From: Polyangiales bacterium
GTDB taxonomy: Bacteria > Myxococcota_A > Polyangia > Polyangiales > JADJQN01
Assembly: GCA_964202905.1 (NCBI GenBank)
Contig: CAXNJO010000008.1
Location: 1-64,000, forward strand
Direction: 5' to 3'
DNA: 64,000 bases
The translations under genes and the position numbers were made by a program. The notes under the pieces are model-generated. The model saw nothing but the letters and a program-made list of their open reading frames with translations. It had not been told where the DNA came from and made no database searches. The first letter of the stretch is position 1, and every line of letters begins with the position of its first letter. This document shows positions 32,266 to 45,353 of this stretch, one piece after another.

Positions 32266-33519
32266 CTACTCGGCGCGGTCGCCGGTGAGGGCCTCGTCGA
32301 GCATGCGGGCGAGGCGCGCGTAGCCGCCGCGCGTGAGGTGCGAGTCGTCGTGGCCCGCGAGTTCGAGCGCCTTCCAGCGGACGAAGCTGCCCTCGCCGCC
32401 CATCGCGGCGAAGGCGCTCCAGTAGGCGCAGCCCGTCTCGCGCGCGACGCGCTCGGTCTGCGCGACGACAGCGGGGATGTAGTCGGGCGTGCCCTCGGTG
32501 CCGTCGGGGCGACGGCGGGCGCGATCGGGCGGCGAGACGAGCAGGCAGGCGGCGCCGGGGGCCGCGGCCTGCAGGCGGCGGATGAGGGTGGCGAGGCGGT
32601 CGCCGTGCTTCGCGGGGCGCAGGCCGTTCGACATGTTGGTGCCGAGCTGCACCGCGATGAGCGCGGGGGGGCGGCGGCGCAGGTGTTCGCCGAGCAGCGC
32701 GGTGTCGGCCTGCAGGAAGTGGATGGAGTGCGCGCCGTTGATGCCGATGGCGTCGACGACGACGCCGCTCGCGCGCTCCATCGCCGCGCCGTAGACGTCG
32801 ACGGGGCCGTCGCCCGCGGCCTCGATCGCGAGCTCGTGCGCGCCGTCCGGCAGGTCGACGACGTCGTACGCGGCGCGGCGCGTGTCGGCCGCCGTCGCGA
32901 GCGCGCGCGGGCTGGCGGCGTCGACGCGGACGCGCAGCGTGCCGCCGCCGGGCTGCTGCAGGTAGAACAACTCGAAGCGGCTCACGCGCTGCCCGACCGG
33001 TCCGCCCGGGGCCGTGCCCCACATCGCGGTCGCGCGGCGCGTCGCGGTCGCGCGGAGGAACGGCAGCCCGAAGAGGCGATCCCCGCCCGGCGCGGGCCGC
33101 GCGATGCTCGTGTGCACCCAGCCGTCGCCGTCGTGGCGCACGTTCTGGTGCGAGAACCACGGCCATGGCTTGCCCGCCGCGAGGAAGCCGTGGCCCCCGT
33201 CGCCGTAGCGCGCCTGCAGGCGACGCCGCAGCTCGCCCGTGAGGCCGTCGCCGACGACCGCGCTGTCGCCGAGGTAGAGGATGCGCGCGAGCCCGGCGCC
33301 GCTCCGCGCGCGGCCGAGTGCGGCGCGAAGACGCGCGAGGTTGTCGCGTGCATCGACGATGGGCTGCGACTCGGGGAGGGCTTGCGCGTGCGTCGCCGCG
33401 GAGCGCGAAAATGCCCAGAAAACAAGGAGATGGGCGCAGAGCCCGAGGGCGATCGACGCGCCGCGGGGGGCGCGCGCGGAGGCGTGTCGCGCGGCTGCGC
33501 GGGCGGCGAGGGGGGCCAT
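32266..33519 (-). CDS. SGNH/GDSL hydrolase family (PatB-like O-acetyltransferase/esterase)
   Basis: LGDS…RLQARYGDGGHGF, GINGA, LGTN and DDSH catalytic motifs, plus a signal peptide. Confidence 0.85.
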   Translation of the reverse strand: MAPLAARAAARHASARAPRGASIALGLCAHLLVFWAFSRSAATHAQALPESQPIVDARDNLARLRAALGRARSGAGLARILYLGDSAVVGDGLTGELRRRLQARYGDGGHGFLAAGKPWPWFSHQNVRHDGDGWVHTSIARPAPGGDRLFGLPFLRATATRRATAMWGTAPGGPVGQRVSRFELFYLQQPGGGTLRVRVDAASPRALATAADTRRAAYDVVDLPDGAHELAIEAAGDGPVDVYGAAMERASGVVVDAIGINGAHSIHFLQADTALLGEHLRRRPPALIAVQLGTNMSNGLRPAKHGDRLATLIRRLQAAAPGAACLLVSPPDRARRRPDGTEGTPDYIPAVVAQTERVARETGCAYWSAFAAMGGEGSFVRWKALELAGHDDSHLTRGGYARLARMLDEALTGDRAE

Positions 33520-33522
33520 CGC

Positions 33523-34320
33523 TCAGCCGCGGAGCAGCGCGAGGACGGCGTCGTGGACGAGGCCGTTGCTCGCGAGCGCGGAGCCGCCGTGGATCGTGTC
33601 GTCGCCTGCCATCGAGGTGAAGCGGCCGCCCGCCTCGCGCACGAGCACGGCGCCGACGATGGTGTCCCAGGGCTGCACGCCCGGGTCGATCATCGCGTCG
33701 GCGCGCCCCTCGAGCACGTGCCGGTAGCCGTCGAAGTCGGAGAGGCCGCGCTGCGTGTAGGTGCCCTCGGCGAGGCGCGGGAGGAGCGCGGCGACGCCGG
33801 CGCCCGTGAACTGCTGGAGCGCGCCGTGGCAGACGAGCGCGGCGTCGAGCGACGCGACGTGCGAGACGCGGAGCGGGCGGCCGTTGCCGTAGGCGCCGTG
33901 GCCGCGGACGCCCCAGTAGAGGTCGCCGGAGGCGGGAAAATAGGCGATCCCGAGCACCGGTTCGCCGTCCGCCTCGAGACCCACGAGGATGGTCCACGAG
34001 GACAGGCCGCGCAGGAAGGAGCGCGTGCCGTCGATCGGGTCGACCACGAAGCGGAGCGCGCGGCCGTCGCCGCCCGAGCCGCTCTCTTCGCCGAGGAAGC
34101 CCGCCTCGGGGACGCGCGCCGCGAGGAAGGCGCGCAGGCGCCGCTCGACCGCCTCGTCGGCCTCGGTGACGGGGCTGCGGTCGGGCTTGGTCTGCGCGCG
34201 CGCCGCGGCCCCGCCGCGGAAGGCGACGAGCGCGTCCTCGCCGGCGGCGACGACCTCGTCGAGGAGGGCGTCGAGGGTGGCGCGTCCGCCGATGCGCGCG
34301 AGGTCGAAGGGAGCCGACAT
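33523..34320 (-). CDS. Inositol monophosphatase family (HisN-like histidinol-phosphatase)
   Basis: KPDRSPVTEAD, GEE, DPIDGTRSF, PWD. Confidence 0.88.
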   Translation of the reverse strand: MSAPFDLARIGGRATLDALLDEVVAAGEDALVAFRGGAAARAQTKPDRSPVTEADEAVERRLRAFLAARVPEAGFLGEESGSGGDGRALRFVVDPIDGTRSFLRGLSSWTILVGLEADGEPVLGIAYFPASGDLYWGVRGHGAYGNGRPLRVSHVASLDAALVCHGALQQFTGAGVAALLPRLAEGTYTQRGLSDFDGYRHVLEGRADAMIDPGVQPWDTIVGAVLVREAGGRFTSMAGDDTIHGGSALASNGLVHDAVLALLRG

Positions 34321-34389
34321 GGGGCCCGACGGTACCAGAGTCGGGCCGGAAAATGGGCGTCTCGGCGCGTGCTCGTCTAGCGTCGCGGC

Positions 34390-35535
34390 ATGGCGCGGGC
34401 GCTCGATCACCGGGGTGGGAGGGCGCGTGCGAGCGCGGGGCTCGCGGCGCCTCGTGCGGCGCGGCGCGGGGGGGCGCAGTTCTGGGCTGTGTGGTCGTGC
34501 GCGGCGTTGTCCTCCGCTGCGCTGGGGCTCGCGCAGCCGCGCGGCGCGGCGGCGCAGGACGCGGGTACGCCGGCCGTCTCCGTGCCTGTCTCCGGGCCCG
34601 TCGGCGAGCCCATCGCCGAGCCCATCGCCGAGCCCATCATCGAGACGCCGGTCGTGCGCGCGCCGCCGATGCTCGCGGTCGGTGCGGGCGCGGTCGCCGC
34701 GGCGGTGCGTGCGACGGCGGATGCGCCGGACCGCGCGCTCGCGACGGGGACGGGCCGCGCAGGGGCGGGGGCGCCCCGCGTGCCGCGCCTCACCGCGGGG
34801 GAGCTCGCGCAGGCCATCAACGAGCGCGCGCCTGCGCTGCGCGCCGCCTACGTCGACCGACTCCGCGTCGAGGAGCTCGCGTCCGCGCTCGTGCGGGAGC
34901 GGGTGCTCGCGGAGGCCGCGCGCCGCGGTGGATTGCTCGAGGACCCGGGCGTGCAGCGCGAGTTCGACCGGGTGCTCACGCGGGCCCTGCTCGAGCGCGC
35001 GCGGGCCGCGGACCCCGCGCCGCCCGTCGACGAGACGATGGCGCGCGCCTTCTACGACGCGCACCTCGAGGACTACACGAAGCCGGCGCAGGTCCGCGTG
35101 CTCGCGATCGTGCTCGCGACGCGGAGCGAGGCGCAGCGCGTGCTCGCGGACGTCGCCCGGGTGCGCGAGACACGCTTCGCGGCCACCGCGCGGCGGCGCT
35201 CGATCGATGGGCCCTCGCGGCGGCGTGGCGGGAGCCTCGGGTGGATCGCGCAGGGAAGCCGGGCGGAGTCCACGCTCGTGGACGCGGCGCTCGCCCTCCG
35301 TCTCGGCGAGACCGCGGCGGCGCCGATCGAGGTCGAGGGGCGCTTCTACGTGCTTCGCGCCGTCGATCGGCGTGCGCCCGAGCTCGTGCCCTTCGAGCGG
35401 GCGCGGGCGTCGATCACGAGCCGGCTGCGGGCCGAGCACGAGCGGCGCGTCGCCGACGTGCTCCTCGCGCGGGCCGCGCGGGAACAGGAGCTCCGCGTCG
35501 AGGAGGCCGCGGAGAGCGTCCACATCGGGCCCTGA
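34390..35535 (+). CDS. PpiC/parvulin-domain chaperone (PrsA/SurA-like)
   Basis: FYDAH…P.QVRV, F.A.ARR.SID…GGSLGWI, PIEVEGRFYVL, FERAR. Parvulin His not conserved. Confidence 0.75.
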   Translation: MARALDHRGGRARASAGLAAPRAARRGGAQFWAVWSCAALSSAALGLAQPRGAAAQDAGTPAVSVPVSGPVGEPIAEPIAEPIIETPVVRAPPMLAVGAGAVAAAVRATADAPDRALATGTGRAGAGAPRVPRLTAGELAQAINERAPALRAAYVDRLRVEELASALVRERVLAEAARRGGLLEDPGVQREFDRVLTRALLERARAADPAPPVDETMARAFYDAHLEDYTKPAQVRVLAIVLATRSEAQRVLADVARVRETRFAATARRRSIDGPSRRRGGSLGWIAQGSRAESTLVDAALALRLGETAAAPIEVEGRFYVLRAVDRRAPELVPFERARASITSRLRAEHERRVADVLLARAAREQELRVEEAAESVHIGP

Positions 35536-35589
35536 GCGCGCCGCGCGATGGACGGGTGCGCGTCCCTCGCGGTGGGGCGTCCGGAGCCG

Positions 35590-37617
35590 TCAGGGCGGGC
35601 ACGCGGGGGGCCGATCGACCGCCTCGCGCAGCGCGCGCAGCCACGGGTCGTCGCGGCCTTGCGGCAGCGCCAGGCCGGCCTCGACGAACGCGCGCACGGC
35701 GTCGCGCCCACCCCGTCGCAGGGCGAGCTCCTGCGCGGCGAGGGTGCTCTCGCGGGACGGCTCCGCGGTGAACGCTGCGCTCTGCGCGAGCGCGGCCTCC
35801 CCGGACTCCGTGTCGCACAGGATCGCCTTCACGAGCGCGCGCGTCGCGGCGACGGTTTGCAGGTCGCGCGTCGACTCCGGCAGCCCGGTGAGCAGCGCGT
35901 CGGCGCGGCGGTAGATCGCCCAACCCGCGGCGTCCTCGGGCGTGCGCAGGCCACCCCGACCGCCGTCCCGCGCGAAGGGCGCGAGCAGCAGCAGCGCGCG
36001 CGTCCACCGATCGAAGCCGCGGGCCGTGTCGTGCCGCGCGAGCGTCCGGGCCTCCTGCGCGATGACCTCGCGCTGCGCGGGGGTCGCGGCGAGCACCCAC
36101 TCGGCACCGAAGCCCGGCACGAGCGCGCGGATCGCCGAAAAGCCCGAGATCCGGGCGAGATCGTCGCGCACGAACAACGCGAAGGCGTCGTCCACGAGCA
36201 CGAGCGACCAGCCGGGGCGCCGCGTGAGGTCGTTCAGTCGCTGCTGCTCGCCCGCGAGCGTGTGCTTCAGGAGCACGGCGTCGATGTCGCCCTCCCGGAG
36301 GACCGACGCGAACACCGCGTCGTCGTGGAACGCGGCGGTCGCCGTCGCGACGTGCGCCGGGCCGTAGAACGGGACGCGCCCGTCGACGAAGAAGCGCGCG
36401 CGCGGCGCCTCCCACATCAGCGGCCAGCTGTGCTGGATCGCCGCGAACACGCGCGGCGGGCGCGCTGCGCGCGCGAGCATCCCCCCGGGGCCGTGCGGCA
36501 GGTCGTCGAACGAGAGGCCGTGTCCGAGGGGCAGATCGGGTTTGACCTGGGTCGCGCCCCACGGAACGAGCACGCCGAGCGCGACCGCGGCCGCGGTGAC
36601 CGCGCGCGAGACGCCGCGCGTCGAGAGGCGCGCGAGGGCGGGCGCGTACCCGGCGCCGATCCACGGCGCCGCGAGGAAGAGGAACTCGCCGACGAAGCGG
36701 ATCGAGCGGAAGCTCGCGACGCCGAGCACGCACGTCACGGCGAGCGCCGCCCGAGCCACCGGGCCCGACCGCAGCAAGCGCGGCGCAGCGAGCGCGAGCA
36801 GCGCGCCGCAGAGTGCCGGGTAGACGAGCAGCCAGAGCGACGCGTTGTCGTCCCAGGCGGCCCACTCGGTCACGAGCGCGCGGTAGCGTGGGTCGACCAC
36901 GTGGCCGAGGGCGTCCGTGACGATGCGCGGCCCCCAGGGCGAGATGCAGGAGCCGAGCACCTCGAGACCGAGCAGCGCGAGGACGCTGCGTCGGGCCGAT
37001 TTCTGGGCAAATACCGCGAACATGCCGGTGATCAGCACACCGAGCAGGTGGCTGCCGTGCAGGTTCACCCAGAGCACGTGCAGGCCCGCGACGAGCGCGA
37101 CGAGGCCGGCGCGGACGCGCGGGCGAGGCGGGGTGCCGGGATCGATGAGGCGCGCGAGCACCGCGACGTACGTGGCCGCGAGCACCATGCCGAGGACGTG
37201 CGGGCGGTCGCTCAATCGAAAGCGGAGCGCGGGGATCGCGGCGACGAACGCGAGCGCGCCGAGCATCGATGCGCGCGGGCCGCCGACGCGGGCGGCGACG
37301 GGGAGCAGGAGCAGCACGGCCCCCGCGAGGAGCGCGCATTTCAACGCGATGAGGGCGTCGTATCCGAACGCCGCGTAGAGGCCGTAGTACAGCAGGTCGC
37401 TGAGCCACTCGTAGTTGAACCAGGGCCGCCCCGCGTGCAGCAGCGACCAGGTGTCGGTGGCCGGCACGTGCCCGAGCTCGGCGATCTGCCGACCCTGCGC
37501 GAGGTGCCCGAGGGTGTCCGGGTTGTTGCCGGGGGAGAGCCCCGCGAGGGCCAGCGAGGCCGCGGCGGCGTAGCGGAGCGCGCGCTCGAGCCGCTGCTCG
37601 ACGGGGGAGCCGGACAT
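35590..37617 (-). CDS. Polytopic membrane protein, GT-C glycosyltransferase-like
   Basis: DTLGHLAQGRQI…EWL, RPH, LWVNLHGS, SPWG, EW and FFVDGR motifs with multiple TM helices. Confidence 0.7.
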   Translation of the reverse strand: MSGSPVEQRLERALRYAAAASLALAGLSPGNNPDTLGHLAQGRQIAELGHVPATDTWSLLHAGRPWFNYEWLSDLLYYGLYAAFGYDALIALKCALLAGAVLLLLPVAARVGGPRASMLGALAFVAAIPALRFRLSDRPHVLGMVLAATYVAVLARLIDPGTPPRPRVRAGLVALVAGLHVLWVNLHGSHLLGVLITGMFAVFAQKSARRSVLALLGLEVLGSCISPWGPRIVTDALGHVVDPRYRALVTEWAAWDDNASLWLLVYPALCGALLALAAPRLLRSGPVARAALAVTCVLGVASFRSIRFVGEFLFLAAPWIGAGYAPALARLSTRGVSRAVTAAAVALGVLVPWGATQVKPDLPLGHGLSFDDLPHGPGGMLARAARPPRVFAAIQHSWPLMWEAPRARFFVDGRVPFYGPAHVATATAAFHDDAVFASVLREGDIDAVLLKHTLAGEQQRLNDLTRRPGWSLVLVDDAFALFVRDDLARISGFSAIRALVPGFGAEWVLAATPAQREVIAQEARTLARHDTARGFDRWTRALLLLAPFARDGGRGGLRTPEDAAGWAIYRRADALLTGLPESTRDLQTVAATRALVKAILCDTESGEAALAQSAAFTAEPSRESTLAAQELALRRGGRDAVRAFVEAGLALPQGRDDPWLRALREAVDRPPACPP

Positions 37618-37818
37618 CGGCGGCACGTTACCGCGCCGTGCGCGCGAAGCGAGCGGGTCGGCGTCGGCCCCGGGGAAGTCGTCGAGCAAGAACGCCGCAC
37701 ATGGCAGCGCGGTCGCGATCGTGGACGTCGCGCTCGCAGCGGACGTCTCGGGCGTCGCGCGCCCGGGGACGCGCCGCGCCGTCGACCGCCTCGCGCGGCT
37801 GCTACGCTCGCGCCCAGC

Positions 37819-39399
37819 TTGCTCGCGCTCGTCCTTCACGCGCACCTGCCGTTCGTCCGGCACCCGGAGAACGACGATCACCTGGAGGAGCGCTGGCTCT
37901 TCGAGGCGCTCGCCGAGTCGTATCTGCCGCTGCTCGACGTGCTCACGCGCCTCGCGCGCGACGGCGTCCCGTACCGCGTCACGCTGAGCGTCACGCCGAC
38001 CCTCGCCGCGATGCTCGCCGACCCCCTGCTCGGCGCGCGTTTCCTGCGCTGGCTCGCGCGGCTCGGGCGGCTCGCCGAGCGCGAGCGGGCGCGCGTCACG
38101 GCGGGCGACCCGCTCGTACCCGCGCTCGATCACGCGCTCTCCCGCGTCGCGCTCGCGTCGCGTTGCTGGGAGCGGCACGGCGGCGACGTGCTCGGCGGTC
38201 TCGCGCGGCTCGCCTCCGCGGGGCACCTCGAGCTCGCTGGCTGCGCGGCGACGCATGGTTTTCTGCCGGGGCTCGCCGCGGTGCCGGGCGCGGCGGAGGC
38301 GCAGCTCGCGGTGGGCGTCGAGGCGCACCGCGAGGTCTTCGGGCGCGCGGCGCACGCCCTCTGGCTGCCCGAGTGCGGCTACGCGCCCGGGCTCGACGCG
38401 GCGCTCGCGCGGGTCGGCGTGCGGGCGACGGTGCTCGACGCGCACGGCCTGCGCCTCGCGCGCCCGCGGCCGCCCTTCGACGTCTACGCGCCCGTGCTCT
38501 CGCCCGCGGGTGTGGCCTTTTTCGCGCGCGATCCGGAGTCGTCGGAGGCCGTGTGGTCGCGGGAGGCCGGTTATCCGGGCGATCCGGCGTACCGCGAGTA
38601 CCACCGCGACGCGGTCGATGCGCTGCCGCGGGATCGCGTCGCCGATGTCCTGCCGCCGATCGACGCGCGCGTGCCGACGGGCCTCAAGCTCTGGCGCATC
38701 ACCGGCGGCGGCGCGCCGAAGGCCCCCTACGATCCGCAGGCCGCGGCCGAGCGCGCGCGCATCCACGCCGCGCACTTCGTGGGGCAGCGACGGAGGCGGC
38801 TCGAGGCGGCGCGGCAGGCGCTCGGCGGGCGTGTCCCCGTCTGCGTCGCGCCGTACGACGCCGAGCTCTTCGGCCATTGGTGGCACGAGGGCCCCTGGTT
38901 CCTCGAGCACGTGCTGCGGGCCGCTGCGCCGTGGACGACGACCTTGAGCGCCCAGCTCGCACGCACGCCGGAGCTCGCGGTGGTCACGCCTGCGGCCTCG
39001 ACGTGGGGCGAGCAGGGGCAAGCGCGCGTCTGGCTCGGCGCGGCGACGGGCCCGCTCTGGCCGGCGATCCACGCGCTCGCCCGCGCGCTGCCGCCGCTCG
39101 TCGCGCGCCACGCCGCGACCCGTGATCCGCTCGTGCTGCGCGCGCTCCGTCAAGCGTGCCGCGAGGCGCTGCTCGCGCAGGCGAGCGACTGGCCCTTCCT
39201 GGTGCACACGGGCACCGCGCCGCACTACGCACGCGCCCGTCTCGCCGACCACGTCGCGCGCTTCGAGTGGCTCGCGTCGACGCTCGACGCCGGGCCGGGC
39301 GCCCTCCGCGCCGAGCTTTCGGGCTTCTCGCGGATCGAGAGCCGTGACACCCTGCTGCCCCGCCTCGATCCGGGGCACTTTCGCGAGGAATCCGCATGA
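37819..39399 (+). CDS. GH57 1,4-alpha-glucan branching enzyme (DUF1957)
   Basis: LHAHLPFV, EERWLFEA, THGFLP, WLPECGY, YDAELFGHWW.EG, QASDWPF. TTG start uncertain. Confidence 0.9.
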   Translation: MLALVLHAHLPFVRHPENDDHLEERWLFEALAESYLPLLDVLTRLARDGVPYRVTLSVTPTLAAMLADPLLGARFLRWLARLGRLAERERARVTAGDPLVPALDHALSRVALASRCWERHGGDVLGGLARLASAGHLELAGCAATHGFLPGLAAVPGAAEAQLAVGVEAHREVFGRAAHALWLPECGYAPGLDAALARVGVRATVLDAHGLRLARPRPPFDVYAPVLSPAGVAFFARDPESSEAVWSREAGYPGDPAYREYHRDAVDALPRDRVADVLPPIDARVPTGLKLWRITGGGAPKAPYDPQAAAERARIHAAHFVGQRRRRLEAARQALGGRVPVCVAPYDAELFGHWWHEGPWFLEHVLRAAAPWTTTLSAQLARTPELAVVTPAASTWGEQGQARVWLGAATGPLWPAIHALARALPPLVARHAATRDPLVLRALRQACREALLAQASDWPFLVHTGTAPHYARARLADHVARFEWLASTLDAGPGALRAELSGFSRIESRDTLLPRLDPGHFREESA

Positions 39400-40304
39400 C
39401 CATCCCCACCTTCACCGGGGCGCTCACCGCGCTCGTCACGCCCTTCCGCGACGGCGCGGTCGACGTGGAGGCGCTCCGCGCGCTGGTCGAGGCGCAGATC
39501 GCGGGCGGCATCGACGGCCTCGTGCCCTGCGGCACCACGGGCGAGAGCGTGACGCTCTCGGCGGCCGAGCACGCGCTCGTCGTGCGCAGCGTCGTCGAGC
39601 AGGCCGCGGGGCGCGTCCCCGTCGTCGCCGGGGCGGGCAGCGTCTCGACGGCGCACGCGATCGAGCTGGCGCGGGCCTCGCGCGCGGCGGGCGCCGACGG
39701 CCTCCTCGTCGTCGTGCCCTATTACAACAAGCCGACGCAGGCGGGCCTCGTCGCGCACTACCGGGCGCTGCTCCGCGAGGTGCCCCTGCCGACCATCCTC
39801 TACAACATCCCCGGCCGCTGCGGCGTCGACCTCGGCCTCGACGCGATGGCGCAGCTCGCGGGCGTCCCGGAGATCGTCGCCGTGAAGGAAGCGACGGGCA
39901 ACGTGCTCCGCAGCCAGGCGCTCGTCGCCCGCTTCGGCGAGCGCTTCTCCGTGCTCTCCGGCGACGACGCGCTGACGCTGCCGATCCTCGCCGTCGGCGG
40001 CGCGGGCGTCGTGAGCGTCACCTCCAACCTGCTGCCGCGCGCGGTGAGTGACGTCATCCGCCTCTGGCGCGCGGGCGACGTCGCGGGGGCGCGCGCGCTG
40101 CACCTGCGGCTCCTGCCCGTGCACGAGGTGATGTTCGTCGAGTCGAACCCCGGCCCGGTGAAGGCGGCACTCGCGCAGGCCGGGCGCCTCGCGCCCGAGG
40201 TGCGCCTCCCGCTCGCGTGGCCCGCGGAGGCGTCCTGTCGTCTCGTCGCGGAGGTGCTCGCCGCCTCGGGCTTCGCGCCCGTCGTGCGGGCCGCCGCGTC
40301 ATGA
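39396..40304 (+). CDS. dapA: 4-hydroxy-tetrahydrodipicolinate synthase
   Basis: ALVTPF, GTTGES, PYYNKP, LYNIPGR, KEATG, SGDD, SNPGPVK. Confidence 0.96.
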   Translation: MTIPTFTGALTALVTPFRDGAVDVEALRALVEAQIAGGIDGLVPCGTTGESVTLSAAEHALVVRSVVEQAAGRVPVVAGAGSVSTAHAIELARASRAAGADGLLVVVPYYNKPTQAGLVAHYRALLREVPLPTILYNIPGRCGVDLGLDAMAQLAGVPEIVAVKEATGNVLRSQALVARFGERFSVLSGDDALTLPILAVGGAGVVSVTSNLLPRAVSDVIRLWRAGDVAGARALHLRLLPVHEVMFVESNPGPVKAALAQAGRLAPEVRLPLAWPAEASCRLVAEVLAASGFAPVVRAAAS

Positions 40305-41119
40305 GCGGCGCGGGCGGGCGCGTCCTTCTGCACGGCGCGGGCGGGCGCATGGGGCGCGCGGTCGTCGCCCTGCTCGCGGGCGACGCGGACCTCGCCCTGG
40401 CCGTCGCGATCGAGGCGCCCGGGAGCGCGCTCGTGGGGCGCGACGTGGGCGAGCTCGCCGGGCTCGGGCCGGGCGGTGTCCGCGTGACGGATGCCCTCGA
40501 GGCGGGGCTTTGCGGCGCCGACGTCCTGCTCGACTTCAGCGCCGCCGCCGCCGTTCCAGGCCTCGCGCGCGCGGCCGCAAGTGTCCGGATTCCTTCCGTG
40601 ATCTGCACGACGGGCCTCGACGCCGCGGCGCACGAGGCGATCGACGCGCTCGCGTGCGTCGCGCCGGTCGTGGTCGCGGCGAACACGAGCGTCGGCGTCG
40701 CGGTGCTGCTGCACCTCGCGGCGCGCGCGGCCGCGCTCCTCGGCGACGAGTACGACGCGGAGATCGTCGAGCTGCACCACCGCCACAAGATCGACGCACC
40801 GAGCGGCACCGCGCTGCGCCTCGCCGAGGCCGTCGCCGACGCCCGCGGACTCGACCTGGACACCGCAGCCCGCCACGGGCGCAGCGGCGCAGCGGGCCCG
40901 CGCGCGCCAGGAGAGATCGGGGTCCACGCGGTGCGCGGCGGCGACATCATCGGCGAGCACACGCTCGTGCTCGCGGGGGCGGGCGAGCGCCTCGAGTTGA
41001 CGCATCGCGCCCACGCGCGGGACCTCTTCGCGCGCGGTGCGCTCCGCGCGGCCCGCTGGGTGCGCGGCCAACCCCCCGGGCGCTACGAGATGCGCGACGT
41101 CCTCGGCCTCCCGCGCTGA
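40301..41119 (+). CDS. dapB: 4-hydroxy-tetrahydrodipicolinate reductase
   Basis: GAGGRMG, DFS, TTG, ELHHRHKIDAPSGTA, RGGDIIGEH. Confidence 0.96.
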   Translation: MSGAGGRVLLHGAGGRMGRAVVALLAGDADLALAVAIEAPGSALVGRDVGELAGLGPGGVRVTDALEAGLCGADVLLDFSAAAAVPGLARAAASVRIPSVICTTGLDAAAHEAIDALACVAPVVVAANTSVGVAVLLHLAARAAALLGDEYDAEIVELHHRHKIDAPSGTALRLAEAVADARGLDLDTAARHGRSGAAGPRAPGEIGVHAVRGGDIIGEHTLVLAGAGERLELTHRAHARDLFARGALRAARWVRGQPPGRYEMRDVLGLPR

Positions 41120-41174
41120 CGGGGCACGGCGCGTGCCCGCGCGCATCCCGCGGCAAGCTGTTACATTGCGCGCC

Positions 41175-43193
41175 ATGACGGCCTCCCGGCCTTGTCCGAC
41201 CTGCGGCGCCCCGATCTCGCTCGACGGCCGTTTTTGCGGCGCGTGCGGGACGGCCGGTCACCCCGATGGCCCCCGCTCCCGCCGCGCCTCCGCCCGAGCC
41301 GATCGGCGGCAGCGCGCCACACGCGCCCGCGGAGTCGCCGTCACGCGCGGCCCCGCAGCGCACGATGCTCGGCGTGCAGGCCGTCAACCTCGCGGCCGTG
41401 CAGGCGAACATCGCGGCCGGCATGCGCGCGGGGCTGGGCGGTGCCGCGGCCCCGACGCCATCCCCCGCGCCCGCCCAGCCAGCGCCGCCTCCGCAGGCGC
41501 AGGCGCCGCACGCCCCGAGCATGAACGCGACGATGCTCGGCATGCCCGCTGTCGACCTCGCCGCGTTGCGGGCCGGGCCGGCTGCGCCGCCGTCCCCGGC
41601 CGCGCCCCCGCAGCCGGTGCGCGAGAAGCTCGCGAACGCGACGATGCTCGGCATGCCGGCGGTCGCGCTCCCCGTCGCGCAGCCCGCTCCCGCGCAGGCA
41701 CCCGCCGCGCAGCCGCTCTCGGCCGCGGCGCCGTCCGGTCCGGCGTCGCAGTCCGGCGCGCTGAGCCCGTCGCCCTCGGCGCGTCCGCAGATCGCCGCGC
41801 AGACGAACCGCACGATGCTCGGCGTCTCGATCCCGCTCAGCGAGCTCCTCCCGCCGGACCTCGCGCAGGCGCCGTCGGCCGCGCCCGCCACCGCGCCCGC
41901 CGTGGCCGCACCCGCGTCGGCCTGGGATCAGGGCGCGTCGTCCTTCGGCATCCCCGCGCCGGACACCTCGCAGGACTCGATCGAGCTCCCGGGGCATCGT
42001 CGCGGCGGCCGCGGCGTGCTCGTCGCGGCGCTCGCGCTCGTCGCGCTGCTCGTGCTGGTGGCGAGCGGCGTCGGGCTCTTCGTCGCGCTGCGCGGCGGCG
42101 GTGGTCCCGATGTGCGCGTCGCCGTCACGCGCGCCGCGGGCGGCGAGGCGCTCGAGGTCACCGTCCCCGGCGCCGAGGCGGGCACCAAGCTCCGCTTCGG
42201 TGCCATGGAGCGCCCGCTCGAGGGCGACCGCGCCACGTTCCCGCTCGCGCCCGACACGCTGCACGTCGGCGCGAACGACATCACCGTGGTCGTCGTCGCG
42301 CCGGGCGGCGACGCCGTGTCCCGCGCCATCGCGCTGCAGCTCGACTTCCGCGTCCGCGCCGATCTCGGCGGCCTCGCGCGGCCGCAGCCGACGCTCGCCA
42401 TCGTCGTCGACGCGCGGCCGGGTTCGGTCGTGATGCTCGATGGCGCGCCGCTGCCGCTCGACGCCGCCGGCCACGCGACACGCGCATACCCGCTCGATCT
42501 CGCGGCCACCCGCGACGGCCGCATCACGCACGTCGCCCGCTACGCGATCACGCCCCCGGGCGGCGCCGCGGCCGAGGGCGCGGTGACGACGGAGATCCCG
42601 CTCACGCCCCTTCAGCTCGAGCGCCCGGGCCTCACCGTCCTCACCGACCGCGACAGCGTCGAGATCGCCGGCGCGGTCGATCCCGCCGCGATGGTCACGA
42701 TCGACGGCGTCCCCGTCGCGGCGAGCGGCGGCCGCTTCGCGCACCGCTTCCCACTGCCCGCCGTCGGCACGCACACCCCGCGTGTCGTCGCGGTCGCGCC
42801 GGGCAAGGCGCCGCACGCGGTCTCGCTCACGCTGCGCCGCGTCGCGAGCCTCGAGGAGGAGGCGCGCACCTTCGGCCCCGATCGCAGCGTCACGTACGCG
42901 CGCCTGCGCCCCGCGGCCGCGGCCTTCGTCGGTCAGCGCGTCGCGTTCGAGGGGCGCATCTACAACGTCGAGGTGACGCGCGGCACGAGCATCGTGCAGA
43001 TGCTCGTGCGCGACTGCCCGCGCGGCGAGCGCTGCCCGCTGTGGGTGACGTACCCCGCCGCGACCGAGCTCACCGTCGACACGAACGTGCGCGTGCTCGG
43101 CACCGTGGCGGGAGAACATCGCTACCCGAACGAGTCGGGCCGCGAGAACGTGGATCCGCGCGTCGACGCGGCCTTCCTCCTGCCGCTGGCGCG

Positions 43194-43197
<4 letters not shown>
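41175..43197 (+). CDS. Zinc-ribbon membrane protein with TMLG repeats and periplasmic Ig-like domains (frameshift near 41255)
   Basis: CPTCG…FCGACG at ATG 41175; Pro/Ala-rich region with 4 TMLG motifs; one TM; beta-rich C-terminus. Removing one C joins the frames. Confidence 0.72.

Positions 43198-45349
<2,152 letters not shown>

Positions 45350-45353
<4 letters not shown>

Noticed and set aside
34606..34640. 12-bp repeat GAGCCCATCGCC x3
   Set aside because: An ordinary low-complexity linker (EPIA) within the parvulin-like protein.
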